Position numbers and translations under genes: made by a program. 64,000 bases of DNA, taken from the NCBI GenBank assembly GCA_947085265.1, contig CAMTVR010000012.1, positions 252,053 through 316,052 of the forward strand, given 5' to 3'. This document shows, in pieces, positions 47,440 through 56,667 of the stretch. Every line of letters begins with the position of its first letter. Position 1 is the first letter of the stretch. The stretch comes from an uncultured Bacillus sp. GTDB lineage: Bacteria > Bacillota > Bacilli > ZCTH02-B2. Below the pieces are notes generated by a model. The model ran no database searches. It was not told the origin of the DNA and was given only the letters and a program-made list of their open reading frames with translations.

Positions 47440-47441
47440 GT

Positions 47442-47843
47442 TTATACCGGAAAGCGGGAAGTCTGTTTGACCTCTTGATGATTTTGCTGAAATATCATCT
47501 GTATCTTTTCCAAAACTTGCGGCGCCAAGTCGAGCATCCGCTCGTACAGGTGAGTGCTGTTGTCCAACGAAAGTAAGCGGATTCCATTGTTATTCACGAC
47601 AAGGAAGGCGACAGGCTGAATCGAAATGCCGCCACCGCTTCCGCCACCAAAAGGAACATGGGATTCATCCGCGTTTTCAAATTCACTCCCCCCTGCCGCA
47701 AACCCAAAACCAACTTTGGAAACCGGCAAGATGACGCTTCCATCCGGAGATTCCACTGGATCCCCGACAATCGTATTGACATCAATCATTTCTTTAATAT
47801 TTTCCAAAGCAGTTTTCATCAATCCTTGAATCGGATGGTCCAT
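47442..47843 (-). CDS. ytfJ: Sporulation/germination protein YtfJ (GerW)
   Basis: MDHPIQGLMKTALENIKEMIDVNTIVGDPV...GGGSGGG is typical of the YtfJ family. Start chosen at ATG 47843. The longest ORF starts at 47879. Confidence 0.8.
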   Translation of the reverse strand: MDHPIQGLMKTALENIKEMIDVNTIVGDPVESPDGSVILPVSKVGFGFAAGGSEFENADESHVPFGGGSGGGISIQPVAFLVVNNNGIRLLSLDNSTHLYERMLDLAPQVLEKIQMIFQQNHQEVKQTSRFPV

Positions 47844-47844
47844 G

Positions 47845-48492
47845 TCAACTACACGTCCTTTCCATACAAGTTCGTTCATTGATTTTACGGCACCATCTTC
47901 TTCTCAACCAACACCAATAAATGAAGAAACGTATACCTGCGAGGATAGCATATCCAATACGAAAAGAGACTATACAATCGAAGCGGTAAATCCACAAACG
48001 TCGCTCGAAATCTGGACGGATCATGACTTTCGGTTTGGTCACCATCTTCAAGGCTCGTGACATCAAAAATAGAAGTTCCCCTTGCAATGCCCAAAAGTAT
48101 CCTGCTAATGTTCCTGTGGTGTTTGCCTGTCCGGTTCCGAATAAAGTGGATGCTTCCCATTTTAAACAAGAAACATGACGAAGAAACCATCTGAACATTC
48201 GCCATACCTCTCGAATATCCTGTACCGTGTAACGCTGGCGTATGGATGATTGAACGTTGGGTTCCAACCGTGGCTGCGACACTGATGATTCACTCATCAC
48301 GGGCCCATGATGATCAGAATGAGGCCACTTCCTCCGCCATCTGATAAGGCGGAAGAAGGAGAAAACTTCAAACGACAGCTCTGGACGAGCGTTATTGATA
48401 ACAACTTGCAGCTGAACGGTTACTTTTGATAGAACGAGCAGACAAAGCAGTAGGCAGATCCCAGCTACCACTGCCAAAATCACGCAAACCAC
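47845..48492 (-). CDS. ytfI: DUF2953 family sporulation protein (YtfI-like)
   Basis: N-terminal TM helix and a basic W/R-rich body. Adjacency to ytfJ matches B. subtilis ytfI-ytfJ. Confidence 0.65.
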   Translation of the reverse strand: MVCVILAVVAGICLLLCLLVLSKVTVQLQVVINNARPELSFEVFSFFRLIRWRRKWPHSDHHGPVMSESSVSQPRLEPNVQSSIRQRYTVQDIREVWRMFRWFLRHVSCLKWEASTLFGTGQANTTGTLAGYFWALQGELLFLMSRALKMVTKPKVMIRPDFERRLWIYRFDCIVSFRIGYAILAGIRFFIYWCWLRRRWCRKINERTCMERTCS

Positions 48493-48613
48493 TCCTCAGA
48501 AAAGCCCATTTTATGCCACTTTTTCTTTTCAGTATGTGCGTCCAATGGGTATATGTATACAAAAAAAGCCCTCGCTTGGAGGACCTTGTGTTAATCTGAA
48601 TTTTTTTGGATTT

Positions 48614-49141
48614 TTATGGCTCTTGCTTTCGTTGTTCTAATGGTGGAAGATCTTCGAGCCGATTTAAGCCAAATTGATCTAAAAAACGCTTCGTGGTTCC
48701 GTAAAGGATGGGCCTGCCAACCGCATCACGTCTTCCCACTTCCTGAATCAATCCGCGGTTTAATAACGTTTGGATCGGCTTCTCTGACTTCACACCGCGA
48801 ATCTCTTCTACATCCGCGCGCGTAATCGGTTGTCGGTAGGCGATGATGGCCAGTGTTTCCAAGGCAGCTTGGGACAGGGCAGTAGACTGTGAGGGTTCGT
48901 GGAATTTTTCTAAATACGGGGCCAGTTCCGGTTTGGTCGTCATTAAAAAAGCATCGGCTACTTGGATCATTTGCAGACCGCAAGATTCATCGCTATATCT
49001 CTTTTGCAGCTCGTGCAGAGCGGATGAAACCTGTTGCTGGTCGGTTTGCAACGTTTCTGCCAGCTGCTTGATCGACACGCCGTCGTGACCAGCCGCAAAA
49101 ACAAGCCCCTCAACGATTTTGACCAGCTCGTGATTTTCCAC
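48614..49141 (-). CDS. scpB: Segregation and condensation protein B
   Basis: IVEGLVFAAG..., ITRADVEEIRGV, and GRPILYGTTKRFLDQFGL. Confidence 0.92.
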   Translation of the reverse strand: MENHELVKIVEGLVFAAGHDGVSIKQLAETLQTDQQQVSSALHELQKRYSDESCGLQMIQVADAFLMTTKPELAPYLEKFHEPSQSTALSQAALETLAIIAYRQPITRADVEEIRGVKSEKPIQTLLNRGLIQEVGRRDAVGRPILYGTTKRFLDQFGLNRLEDLPPLEQRKQEP

Positions 49142-49154
49142 TCGCGCTCACCTC

Positions 49155-49940
49155 TTACAACTTTGTCCATGCCATGCCCTCCTTGTCCGCCCCATGAGAG
49201 CGCCTGATAATCGTAATGTCGGCAAAAAGCGCTTTCTGTTTCATGATGATCTGCTTCATCTTCATCAGCTCGAGCAATGCGAGGAAGGTGACCACCAGTT
49301 CCTGGCGTTGGCGGACGGAAATGAGTTGCCAAAAGGTTACTTTTTCTACCTGGCGAAGCCAATCGAGGATCTGTCGCAGCTTCTCCTCAAGTGAAACCAT
49401 TCTCTTTTTAAGAAATGCAGGTGGACGAGGAGTTTCCTCTGTTTCTCGTTGCATAATTTGAAGGTAAACGGCAAGCAGATCGTGAATCGAATGAGCCGAT
49501 TTTTGAGGGTGAGAGGACACATATTCACGTTCCTTCTCTTGTAACGTGGGCAGCGGTGGCCGTGTATATAAAAGGTTTCTCTGTATTTCACGCTGTTTAA
49601 GCGCTTCTGCTGCCGCTTTAAATTCCCGATATTGGATCAAGCGTTGGATGAGTATCTGCTGAAGATCTTCCGCACTGTCCGATTGATTTTCGGAAGGAGC
49701 CGCCGTTGGAGTTGACGGCAACAACTTTCTGCTTTTGATCGCTAGAAGCTCGGCCGCCATCACGAGAAATTCAGTTGCCACCTCAATCTCCAGCTCCTTC
49801 ATCATTTCCAGTGCCTCCATGTACTGCGAGGCGATTTCAGCTAATGGGATCTCATAGATGTCTACCCGAGCCTCTTCAATCAAATGAAGCAACAAGTCTA
49901 AAGGCCCCTCAAAAACAGCCACTTTGACATGAATACTCAA
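49155..49940 (-). CDS. scpA: Segregation and condensation protein A
   Basis: FEGPLDLLLHLI... is typical of the ScpA kleisin. Confidence 0.92.
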   Translation of the reverse strand: MSIHVKVAVFEGPLDLLLHLIEEARVDIYEIPLAEIASQYMEALEMMKELEIEVATEFLVMAAELLAIKSRKLLPSTPTAAPSENQSDSAEDLQQILIQRLIQYREFKAAAEALKQREIQRNLLYTRPPLPTLQEKEREYVSSHPQKSAHSIHDLLAVYLQIMQRETEETPRPPAFLKKRMVSLEEKLRQILDWLRQVEKVTFWQLISVRQRQELVVTFLALLELMKMKQIIMKQKALFADITIIRRSHGADKEGMAWTKL

Positions 49941-49962
49941 TCACATTCACATCCTCGCCGGA

Positions 49963-51291
49963 CTATGGCGTCACACTGAATGACATCCGTGCTGGAATGC
50001 GATCCAAACGAATCAGATCCTCCAGACTTTCGCGTTCCACCACCAAATCCGCATGCCCATCCTTGACGAACACGACGGCCGGGCGGGCGATTCGATTATA
50101 GTTGTTGGCCATTGAATAATTGTAGGCACCCGTACAGAAGACAGCGAGGATATCACCCACTTCTACTTCAGGCAAAGCGATGTCCCAGATCAACATATCT
50201 CCGCTTTCGCAACATTTCCCGGCAATCGAGACTACTTCCTGGACGTTTTGTGCAGCCTTGTTGGCCAACATAGCCTCGTAACGCGCTTGGTAGAGGGCTG
50301 GACGCGGGTTGTCTGTCATACCGCCATCCACCGCAACGTATTTACGCACTCCGGGAATATTTTTGATAGTGCCTACTGTATATAATGTCGTCCCTGCTTC
50401 ACCGACAATGCTGCGGCCCGGTTCCACATGGATTTCCGGGTATGGGAGCGAAAAGCGGTCAAACGTGGTTTTTATCGCCTGTATAATCGACCCCACATAC
50501 GTGGGAATCGAAAGCGGCCGATCTTCTGCTGTATAGCGAATGCCGAAACCGCCGCCAAGATTCAGAACGCGAGCTTCGTATCGATATTGATCCCTGACAT
50601 CTCTCATGAACTGACCCATACGCTCAATGGCTGCCGCAAAACCAGCCACGTCAAAAATCTGTGAGCCGATATGGCAATGAAATCCGATCAGATTTAATGC
50701 TGGCTTGTCCAGAATCAACCGAACCGCTTCCATCGCTTGCCCGCTTGCCAGATCGAAGCCAAATTTGGAATCCGCCTGACCGGTCTGGATATATTCATGG
50801 GTATGCGCCTCGACTCCCGGCGTGACGCGAATCAGGACACTGACGCTTTTTCCCTTTTGCTGAGCCTGGCCATCCAGTAACGAAATTTCCGTGAAATTAT
50901 CAATGACAAAAGAGCCAATATTGGCATCCAGGGCGATCTCGATCTCATCCGGCGTTTTGTTATTCCCATGAAAATGGATCTTTTCCGGGGGAAATCCTGC
51001 TCGTAAAGCCGTATACAGCTCACCTGCTGAAACAACATCCAAGGCAAGTCCTTCTTCCTGCGCCAAGCGACACATGGCCATCGTTGAAAAAGCCTTACTG
51101 GCATATGCCACTTGAAAGGGCAAACCACTGGTTTGAAAACTCTCCACATAGAGACGGCATTGGTTGCGGATGTAAGCTTCATCCATGACATATAACGGCG
51201 TTCCGAATTGCTTGACCAGAGCAAGCGTGTCTACCCCGCCAATTTCCAGATGACCTTGTTCATTGATTCGACTGGTTCCATGCAAATACAA
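49963..51291 (-). CDS. lysA: Diaminopimelate decarboxylase
   Basis: (M)YLHGTSRINEQGHLEIGGV matches the B. subtilis MFLHGTSR... start. PLP site YASKAF, plus the EPGRS and CESGD motifs. I prefer TTG 51291, 6 nt after GGGAGGAG. The longest ORF start at 51327 lies inside a hairpin. Confidence 0.92.
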   Translation of the reverse strand: MYLHGTSRINEQGHLEIGGVDTLALVKQFGTPLYVMDEAYIRNQCRLYVESFQTSGLPFQVAYASKAFSTMAMCRLAQEEGLALDVVSAGELYTALRAGFPPEKIHFHGNNKTPDEIEIALDANIGSFVIDNFTEISLLDGQAQQKGKSVSVLIRVTPGVEAHTHEYIQTGQADSKFGFDLASGQAMEAVRLILDKPALNLIGFHCHIGSQIFDVAGFAAAIERMGQFMRDVRDQYRYEARVLNLGGGFGIRYTAEDRPLSIPTYVGSIIQAIKTTFDRFSLPYPEIHVEPGRSIVGEAGTTLYTVGTIKNIPGVRKYVAVDGGMTDNPRPALYQARYEAMLANKAAQNVQEVVSIAGKCCESGDMLIWDIALPEVEVGDILAVFCTGAYNYSMANNYNRIARPAVVFVKDGHADLVVERESLEDLIRLDRIPARMSFSVTP

Positions 51292-51313
51292 TGCCTTCTC
51301 CTCCCGTTCTTGA

Positions 51314-51345
51314 AACATGAAAAGCAACTGGCCAACCAGTTGCTT
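51314..51345 (-). terminator. Hairpin / terminator after sigF (end of the spoIIA operon)
   Basis: Minus strand reads AAGCAACUGG-uugg-CCAGUUGCUU (10-bp perfect stem) followed by UUCAUGUUU. Confidence 0.55.
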
Positions 51346-51469
51346 CCCTGCATGCTCACATTGCTTGTAACCAGAACCCCGCGAAACGCTTTAGGTGGTT
51401 TTTATTCCGGTTTACGTAATGATTGTATTATATCATACATCATTGTTCAGAACAATAGGAGAAGGGGCG

Positions 51470-52249
51470 TCATGTACCGATCTGATCGCGAATGCTCTGC
51501 AAAATCTTTTTCTCGAGGCGAGAAACCTGCACCTGGGAAATGCCAAGCCGTTCTGCCACTTCCGACTGCGTTTGGTCACAAAAATATCGCAAATAAACAA
51601 TTAACTGTTCTCTTTCCGTCAAACGCTCAATGGCTTCCCGCAGTGCAATCTTGTCAAACCATTTCTCGTGTGTCTCGTCAGCAATCTGATCCATGAGCAA
51701 AATCGGATCGCTGTCGTTTTCAAACACCGTCTCGTGGATGGAGGACGGCGTCCGATTGGCCTCCTGGGCGAGCACGACTTCTTCGGGAGTGATGGACAGC
51801 GCTTGCGCAATTTCGGAAACAGTTGGTTGACGGCCGTATTCTTTCGATAGCTCATCGCGTACCTTGCGAACCCGGTTGGCCATCTCCTTCATCGAACGGC
51901 TCACCTTCACGCTGCCGTCGTCTCTTAAAAAACGCTTGATCTCGCCGATAATCATCGGAACCGCATAGGTGGAAAATTTGACGTCATAACGCAAGTCAAA
52001 CTTATCCACTGCTTTTAAAAGCCCGATACAACCAATCTGAAACAGGTCATCCGCCTCGTGCCCTCGGTTCAAAAACCGTTGAACAACCGACCAAACCAGA
52101 CGAATGTTGGCATGGACCAGACGGTTTCGGGCCTCGCTGTCCCCTGCCTGGCTGCGCGCGATCAAATCACGGACTTCCAAATCCGTGAGATAGGCGCCGT
52201 CTTGTTTATCCATATCCCGATTATCCAGGTTTTTATCCTCTGTATTCAT
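51470..52249 (-). CDS. sigF: RNA polymerase sporulation sigma factor F
   Basis: Very high similarity to B. subtilis SigF (RLVWSVVQRFLNRG..., AERLGISQVQVSRLEKKIL). Confidence 0.96.
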   Translation of the reverse strand: MNTEDKNLDNRDMDKQDGAYLTDLEVRDLIARSQAGDSEARNRLVHANIRLVWSVVQRFLNRGHEADDLFQIGCIGLLKAVDKFDLRYDVKFSTYAVPMIIGEIKRFLRDDGSVKVSRSMKEMANRVRKVRDELSKEYGRQPTVSEIAQALSITPEEVVLAQEANRTPSSIHETVFENDSDPILLMDQIADETHEKWFDKIALREAIERLTEREQLIVYLRYFCDQTQSEVAERLGISQVQVSRLEKKILQSIRDQIGT

Positions 52250-52258
52250 CGGATCACC

Positions 52259-52702
52259 CTAATTATACATCGCTTCATTTGCCTGTAAGCATTTGACGAA
52301 ACGAATCTTTGTTCCTTTTCCGACCACAGTCTCTATCTGTATGTCATTAACAAAATTTTCCATAATTGTAAAACCCATACCAGAATGTTCCTTGTCTGGT
52401 TTGGTGGTAAAGAGAGGTTCTCTGGCCTTTTCCAGATCCGCGATTCCAACTCCTTGATCTTCGATCGTCAATTCGATGGCCTGTCCGATCAATTTGGCTG
52501 TCATCGTGACCACCCCTTCCGAGCGGTTGTCGTATCCATGTACAATGGCATTGGTCACCGCCTCCGACACAACGGTTTGGATATCAGTCAATTCCTGCAT
52601 CGTCGGATCCACTTGTGAGACAAAGGCGGCCACAACCACTCTGGCAAAAGAGACGTTTTCCGGCACAGCCGCAAAGGAAATGCTCATAAAATTACTTTTC
52701 AC
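52259..52702 (-). CDS. spoIIAB: Anti-sigma F factor (serine kinase)
   Basis: 147-aa GHKL kinase (EAVTNAIVHGY, DQGVGI, SGMGFTIM). Confidence 0.94.
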   Translation of the reverse strand: MKSNFMSISFAAVPENVSFARVVVAAFVSQVDPTMQELTDIQTVVSEAVTNAIVHGYDNRSEGVVTMTAKLIGQAIELTIEDQGVGIADLEKAREPLFTTKPDKEHSGMGFTIMENFVNDIQIETVVGKGTKIRFVKCLQANEAMYN

Positions 52703-53054
52703 GTGTCATCACCCCCATCGATTGAAGCGCCTCTTCCTCTGTCTGAAAAACAAGTGTGATCTTAAACAATCCCGAAAGTTCCATGATCCTTTTCACCGTT
52801 GAATTGGCTCCGCAAATCAGCATTTTTCCACCGATTTCTTTCAATGTTTTGTACCTGCCCAGAATCACTCCAAGGCCAGAGCTGTCCATAAACGACAGCC
52901 TTTCCAGGTTGAGCATCAAGTGCTTCACTGTTCCTTTGTCAAGCTCCTCTTGTAACATTTGACGTACCGACTCTGCGGTATGGATATCCAATTCACCGAC
53001 GAGACGCACCAACAAAAGATCCCGGTGTCTTTCCAGTTCCCATGTAATCGCCAT
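52692..53054 (-). CDS. spoIIAA: Anti-anti-sigma F factor (STAS domain)
   Basis: 120 aa from ATG 53054, with RBS AAGGGAG 7 nt upstream. The phosphorylatable Ser context is FMDSSGLGVILG. The longest ORF start at 53237 is rejected. Confidence 0.92.
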   Translation of the reverse strand: MAITWELERHRDLLLVRLVGELDIHTAESVRQMLQEELDKGTVKHLMLNLERLSFMDSSGLGVILGRYKTLKEIGGKMLICGANSTVKRIMELSGLFKITLVFQTEEEALQSMGVMTREK

Positions 53055-53091
53055 GGTTTCGCTCCCTTCACCCCAGATTCTTAACATGCTA

Positions 53092-53128
53092 ATTCTACGA
53101 GCTTCACAAAAAATCCTTCTCTCCGACA
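53092..53128 (-). promoter_or_regulatory. Sigma-H-type spoIIA promoter with adjacent Spo0A-box-like element
   Basis: Minus strand reads GAAGGATTT (53111-53119), 14 nt, AGAAT (53092-53096), matching RWAGGAXXT-14-HGAAT. TGTCGGA (53122-53128) resembles the 0A box TGNCGAA. Confidence 0.6.
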
Positions 53129-53185
53129 AAAGTAGAAAAATAATTACAAAATATACGAAAATCCGTCTTAAATCAAACTCGGAGC

Positions 53186-53208
53186 AAAAAAACCCGCCGC
53201 AAGGCGGG
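53186..53208 (-). terminator. Intrinsic terminator after dacF
   Basis: Minus strand reads CCCGCC-uugc-GGCGGG followed by U7. Confidence 0.8.
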
Positions 53209-53252
53209 CGGGAAGCTTTCGTTCGCATGATTTTCACAGTGAGGTGAAAAAG

Positions 53253-54440
53253 TCAGTTCTTCGATCCAAATGGGAAGAAGAATTCCTTGCTGGCTCGTTT
53301 AAACAGCTGCCAAATGGTGGCTTTCTGCACTTCATGGGGTACCTTCAACTCGTAAGTGAAGTGGGTTTGGCCCTCTTTCAATACACGGACGTATCCCAAT
53401 ATGTCCCCTCGCTTCAATGGCGCGTGAAGGGGCTCGTTGAGCACAATTTCAGTGTCGTAATCCTGCACTTTTTCCCCTTTTTTCATCAAGATGCTGATTT
53501 GCTGAGGGGCGTGAAGCGGTATTTGACGTTGCGCACCTTTGTTGATCCGTGCATAAGCGATGAAGTCGCCCTTTTCGTACAACGGGTGAACGGTGTAGGT
53601 GGCAAAAGCGTAATCCAATAGTCTGCTCACTTCACGGTTGCGGGATTTGTTGTCCGGCTCCCCCATAACGACCGCAATGAGTCGCATGTTTCCCTTTTTA
53701 GCAGTTGCCGATAAACAAAACCCGGCTTCGCTGGTATATCCCGTTTTCAGTCCGTCGACTCCTTCATAAAAACGAACGAGCTTATTCGTATTGACCAGCC
53801 AAAAAGGGTTTTTGCTGTCTTGACGCAAGTAATCTTGGTAAATGCTCGTAAATTGTGTGATTGTTTCATGTTTGAGGAGCTCGCGGGACATGACAGCAAT
53901 ATCATAAGCTGTCGTGACATGACCCTCTGCTGGCAAACCACTGGCATTCAGAAAACGCGTATCCTTTAAACCCAGATCTTGCGCCTTCTGATTCATCATC
54001 TCGACAAAGGCCTCTTCTGTCCCCGCGATATGCTCGGCCATGGCAACAGAAGCATCATTGCCGGAAGCGACGGCAATCCCTTTGAGCAGATCTCGCACGG
54101 ACATCTGTTCACCGGGTTCCAAAAAGATTTGGGAACCGCCCATTGAAGCTGCATGCTCGCTCACCCGAACCTGTTCATCAAGAGTAATCCGCTCTTCTTC
54201 CAACGCTTCCATAATTAAAAGCATCGTCATGATTTTCGTGATGGATGCGGGGGACAGCTTTTCATGGGCATTTTTTTCATACAAGATGGTTCCCGTAGAT
54301 GCTTCCATTAAAATGGCGGACACAGCTTGCGGCGTCAGATCAGCGGGTTCCTTGGCCAACCCTTGTGCGGGAAAAAGAAAAATCAGGATGGCGCATATAG
54401 TGATTTGGAGGATGAGGGTAAGGGTTTTTACGGGTCTCAA
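53253..54440 (-). CDS. dacF: D-alanyl-D-alanine carboxypeptidase DacF
   Basis: SITK (PASITKIMT), SGN (ASGNDAS) and KTG (LKTGYT). It has a signal peptide and a TTG start. It sits upstream of spoIIAA as in B. subtilis. Confidence 0.9.
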   Translation of the reverse strand: MRPVKTLTLILQITICAILIFLFPAQGLAKEPADLTPQAVSAILMEASTGTILYEKNAHEKLSPASITKIMTMLLIMEALEEERITLDEQVRVSEHAASMGGSQIFLEPGEQMSVRDLLKGIAVASGNDASVAMAEHIAGTEEAFVEMMNQKAQDLGLKDTRFLNASGLPAEGHVTTAYDIAVMSRELLKHETITQFTSIYQDYLRQDSKNPFWLVNTNKLVRFYEGVDGLKTGYTSEAGFCLSATAKKGNMRLIAVVMGEPDNKSRNREVSRLLDYAFATYTVHPLYEKGDFIAYARINKGAQRQIPLHAPQQISILMKKGEKVQDYDTEIVLNEPLHAPLKRGDILGYVRVLKEGQTHFTYELKVPHEVQKATIWQLFKRASKEFFFPFGSKN

Positions 54441-54449
54441 TCGAACAAC

Positions 54450-54484
54450 CTCCTTCTTTTCCTATTGTTCCAGAAAAGAAGGAG
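54450..54484 (-). promoter_or_regulatory. 12-bp perfect hairpin whose 3' arm contains the dacF Shine-Dalgarno
   Basis: Minus strand reads CUCCUUCUUUUC-(11 nt)-GAAAAGAAGGAG, then G-uuguucga-UUG (the dacF start). There is no U-tract. Confidence 0.6.
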
Positions 54485-54529
54485 ATTCATCCGCAAAATG
54501 ATCAATTCGGAACTTTTCAGCCAATTGAG

Positions 54530-55831
54530 TCAGTTAATGGTTTGGTAAATCAAAGGCGGAACGGAGGGAGGCGTCTTGCCAAGGTGCACTGATTTTAATA
54601 GAAGGGATTCCACCTCTTGTACCTGTTCATGATGGCTGTAGATCGTGAACAGCGGATCGCCTGGTCTCACATAGTGACCGAGCCGTTGCTCCAGAAGCAG
54701 TCCCACGGACAGATCCAGATTCTCCTCCTTGAGATCCTGTCCCGCCTTCAGCAGGTTGACAGCGACGCCAATCTGCTCCGCGTCCATGCGGCTGAGGTAC
54801 CCCTCTCCTTTTGCTCGTACCGTTTGCACGATAGGAGCTAACGGCATACGTTCCAATTCGTCAACCACTTCAGGCTGCCCACCCTGAGCCGTGATCCATT
54901 GTTTCAGTTTGTGAATCGCTTGCCCCGTTGCAAGTGCCTCTTCCAGCAACTGTCTGCCCGCTTTTTCAGAAGTGACACGCCCGGCCAGAAGTAGCAACTG
55001 ACTGCCAAGGTACAAGCAGAGTTCGAGCAAACGCGGATCCCCCATCCCCTTCAAGGTGAAAATCGCCTCCCGTACCTCCAGTGCGTTCCCCACTGCACGT
55101 CCCAACGGTTGATTCATGTCACTGATCACCGCTACCGTTTTTCGCCCCAGCCGTTTGCCCAACTGCACCATCATGCGAGCAAGCTCAGTGGCTTCTTCCA
55201 GCGTTTTCATGAAAGCGCCGCTGCCTACTTTGACATCGAGAAGGATGGCCTGGGCACCAGATGCAATTTTTTTACTCATGATGGAACTGGCTATCAATGG
55301 AATGGAATCGACCGTAGCCGTCATATCACGCAACGCGTATAATTTCTTGTCGGCCGGCACCAAATTGTCCGATTGACTGATCAACGCCACGCCAATCTGA
55401 TTCACCTGCTGGATAAATTGTGTCCTGTCCAACTGTGTGGTAAAGCCGGGGATAGCCGAAAGTTTGTCAATCGTTCCTCCCGTATGACCTAGACTCTTGC
55501 CGGACATTTTGGCCACGGGCACGCCACAGGCCGCCACCAGTGGCGCGAGAACCAGTGAGGTGGTGTCTCCAACACCACCTGTGCTGTGCTTGTCGACCAC
55601 GATGCCGGCGACATCGGAAAGATCCATTTGCTCTCCCGAGCGGATCATGGCTTCCGTCAGGTCGGCTGTCTCTTGATCGTCCATGCCGCGAAAATAAACA
55701 GCCATCGCCCACGCCGCCATCTGAGTATCAGGGATTTGCCCGCTGACATATCCGTGAATCAGAAAGTGTATCTCCTCTCGGGATAGAGACTGTCCATCCC
55801 GCTTTTTTCGGATCAGTTCCCATGCGCGCAC
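54530..55831 (-). CDS. pdp: Pyrimidine-nucleoside phosphorylase
   Basis: 433 aa, the same length as B. subtilis Pdp. MRAWELIRKKRDGQSLSREEI..., HSTGGVGD. Confidence 0.94.
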   Translation of the reverse strand: MRAWELIRKKRDGQSLSREEIHFLIHGYVSGQIPDTQMAAWAMAVYFRGMDDQETADLTEAMIRSGEQMDLSDVAGIVVDKHSTGGVGDTTSLVLAPLVAACGVPVAKMSGKSLGHTGGTIDKLSAIPGFTTQLDRTQFIQQVNQIGVALISQSDNLVPADKKLYALRDMTATVDSIPLIASSIMSKKIASGAQAILLDVKVGSGAFMKTLEEATELARMMVQLGKRLGRKTVAVISDMNQPLGRAVGNALEVREAIFTLKGMGDPRLLELCLYLGSQLLLLAGRVTSEKAGRQLLEEALATGQAIHKLKQWITAQGGQPEVVDELERMPLAPIVQTVRAKGEGYLSRMDAEQIGVAVNLLKAGQDLKEENLDLSVGLLLEQRLGHYVRPGDPLFTIYSHHEQVQEVESLLLKSVHLGKTPPSVPPLIYQTIN

Positions 55832-56667
55832 ATGGATTCCTCCCCAAAGGCACGAACAAACCCACGCAACAAAGAAATAAAGGCTGGCTTGGTGGATTCA
55901 GCGACACGCAACACCTGTTCGTGAGTTGGCGGTTCCAGGAGGTCTGGATTGGCCATATCGGTGATACAAGAAATCCCAAGCACCTTCAAACCACAGTGAC
56001 TGGCCGCAATCGCCTCGGCAACCGTGGACATTCCCAGCGCATCGGCGCCAAGGTGCAATAACGCTCTCAATTCTGCCATTGAAAGATAGTTGGGGCCGCT
56101 GATCCCGGCATAGATCCCTTCTTGCAGGCGAATCGAAAGCTGCTTCGCCACTCTTTTCAAACATTGACTCGCAGACCTGTCATAGGCGCGGGACATGTCG
56201 GGAAAACGGGGTCCGAGCCATTCATCGTTGTCGCCTATCAATGGATGGTCTCCCGTGAGATTGAGATGGTCGCTGATCAGCATCAGATCGCCGGGCGAAA
56301 AGGCCGGATTCAAGCCACCCGCCGCATTGGTGAGAATCAGTAATTGAACGCCCAACTGCCGCATCACATACACCGGAAACGTGACCTGATCCATTTCCCA
56401 TCCTTCGTAATAATGGAGGCGGCCGCGCATCGCCACAACGGGCCGACCTTCCAATTCACCGATGATCAGTTCGCCTTGGTGCCCTGACACGGTGGGGACG
56501 GCGAAGTGTGGAATCTCCCGAAAGGGAATCGTCACGGCAGACTGAATTTGATCGGCCAACTCTCCCAATCCGGATCCCAGAATGAAGCCGATATCCGGCC
56601 GGCAAGAAGTATACGTATGAATGACGGCTGCCGATTCGGATACCTGGTGAGCCTTCACACCCATCAT
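55813..56667 (-). CDS. Purine nucleoside phosphorylase, PNP family 1 (second tandem paralogue)
   Basis: GFILGSGLG...IPHFAVPTVSGHQGELIIG...RLHYYEGW...TNAAGG...MSTVAEAI. There is an ATGA overlap with the upstream paralogue and a 19-nt overlap with pdp. Confidence 0.85.
   Translation of the reverse strand: MMGVKAHQVSESAAVIHTYTSCRPDIGFILGSGLGELADQIQSAVTIPFREIPHFAVPTVSGHQGELIIGELEGRPVVAMRGRLHYYEGWEMDQVTFPVYVMRQLGVQLLILTNAAGGLNPAFSPGDLMLISDHLNLTGDHPLIGDNDEWLGPRFPDMSRAYDRSASQCLKRVAKQLSIRLQEGIYAGISGPNYLSMAELRALLHLGADALGMSTVAEAIAASHCGLKVLGISCITDMANPDLLEPPTHEQVLRVAESTKPAFISLLRGFVRAFGEESMCAHGN

Noticed and set aside
47383-47441. Sigma-E-like promoter (TCATATT ... TATACATG) for dacB inside the ytfJ 3' end
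   Set aside because: The spacer is 16 nt rather than the expected ~14, and the -10 matches only 6 of 8 positions. It is plausible because B. subtilis dacB is sigma-E dependent, but it is too weak to call from sequence alone.
52692-53237. Long N-terminal extensions of track ORFs (spoIIAA to 53237, menG to 21095, xerD to 59746, rpsA to 33172, aroA to 6795, folE to 23492, ypiF to 4029)
   Set aside because: In each case an internal start with a proper Shine-Dalgarno reproduces the expected N-terminus and length of the family. The extensions cross promoters, terminators or the preceding gene.
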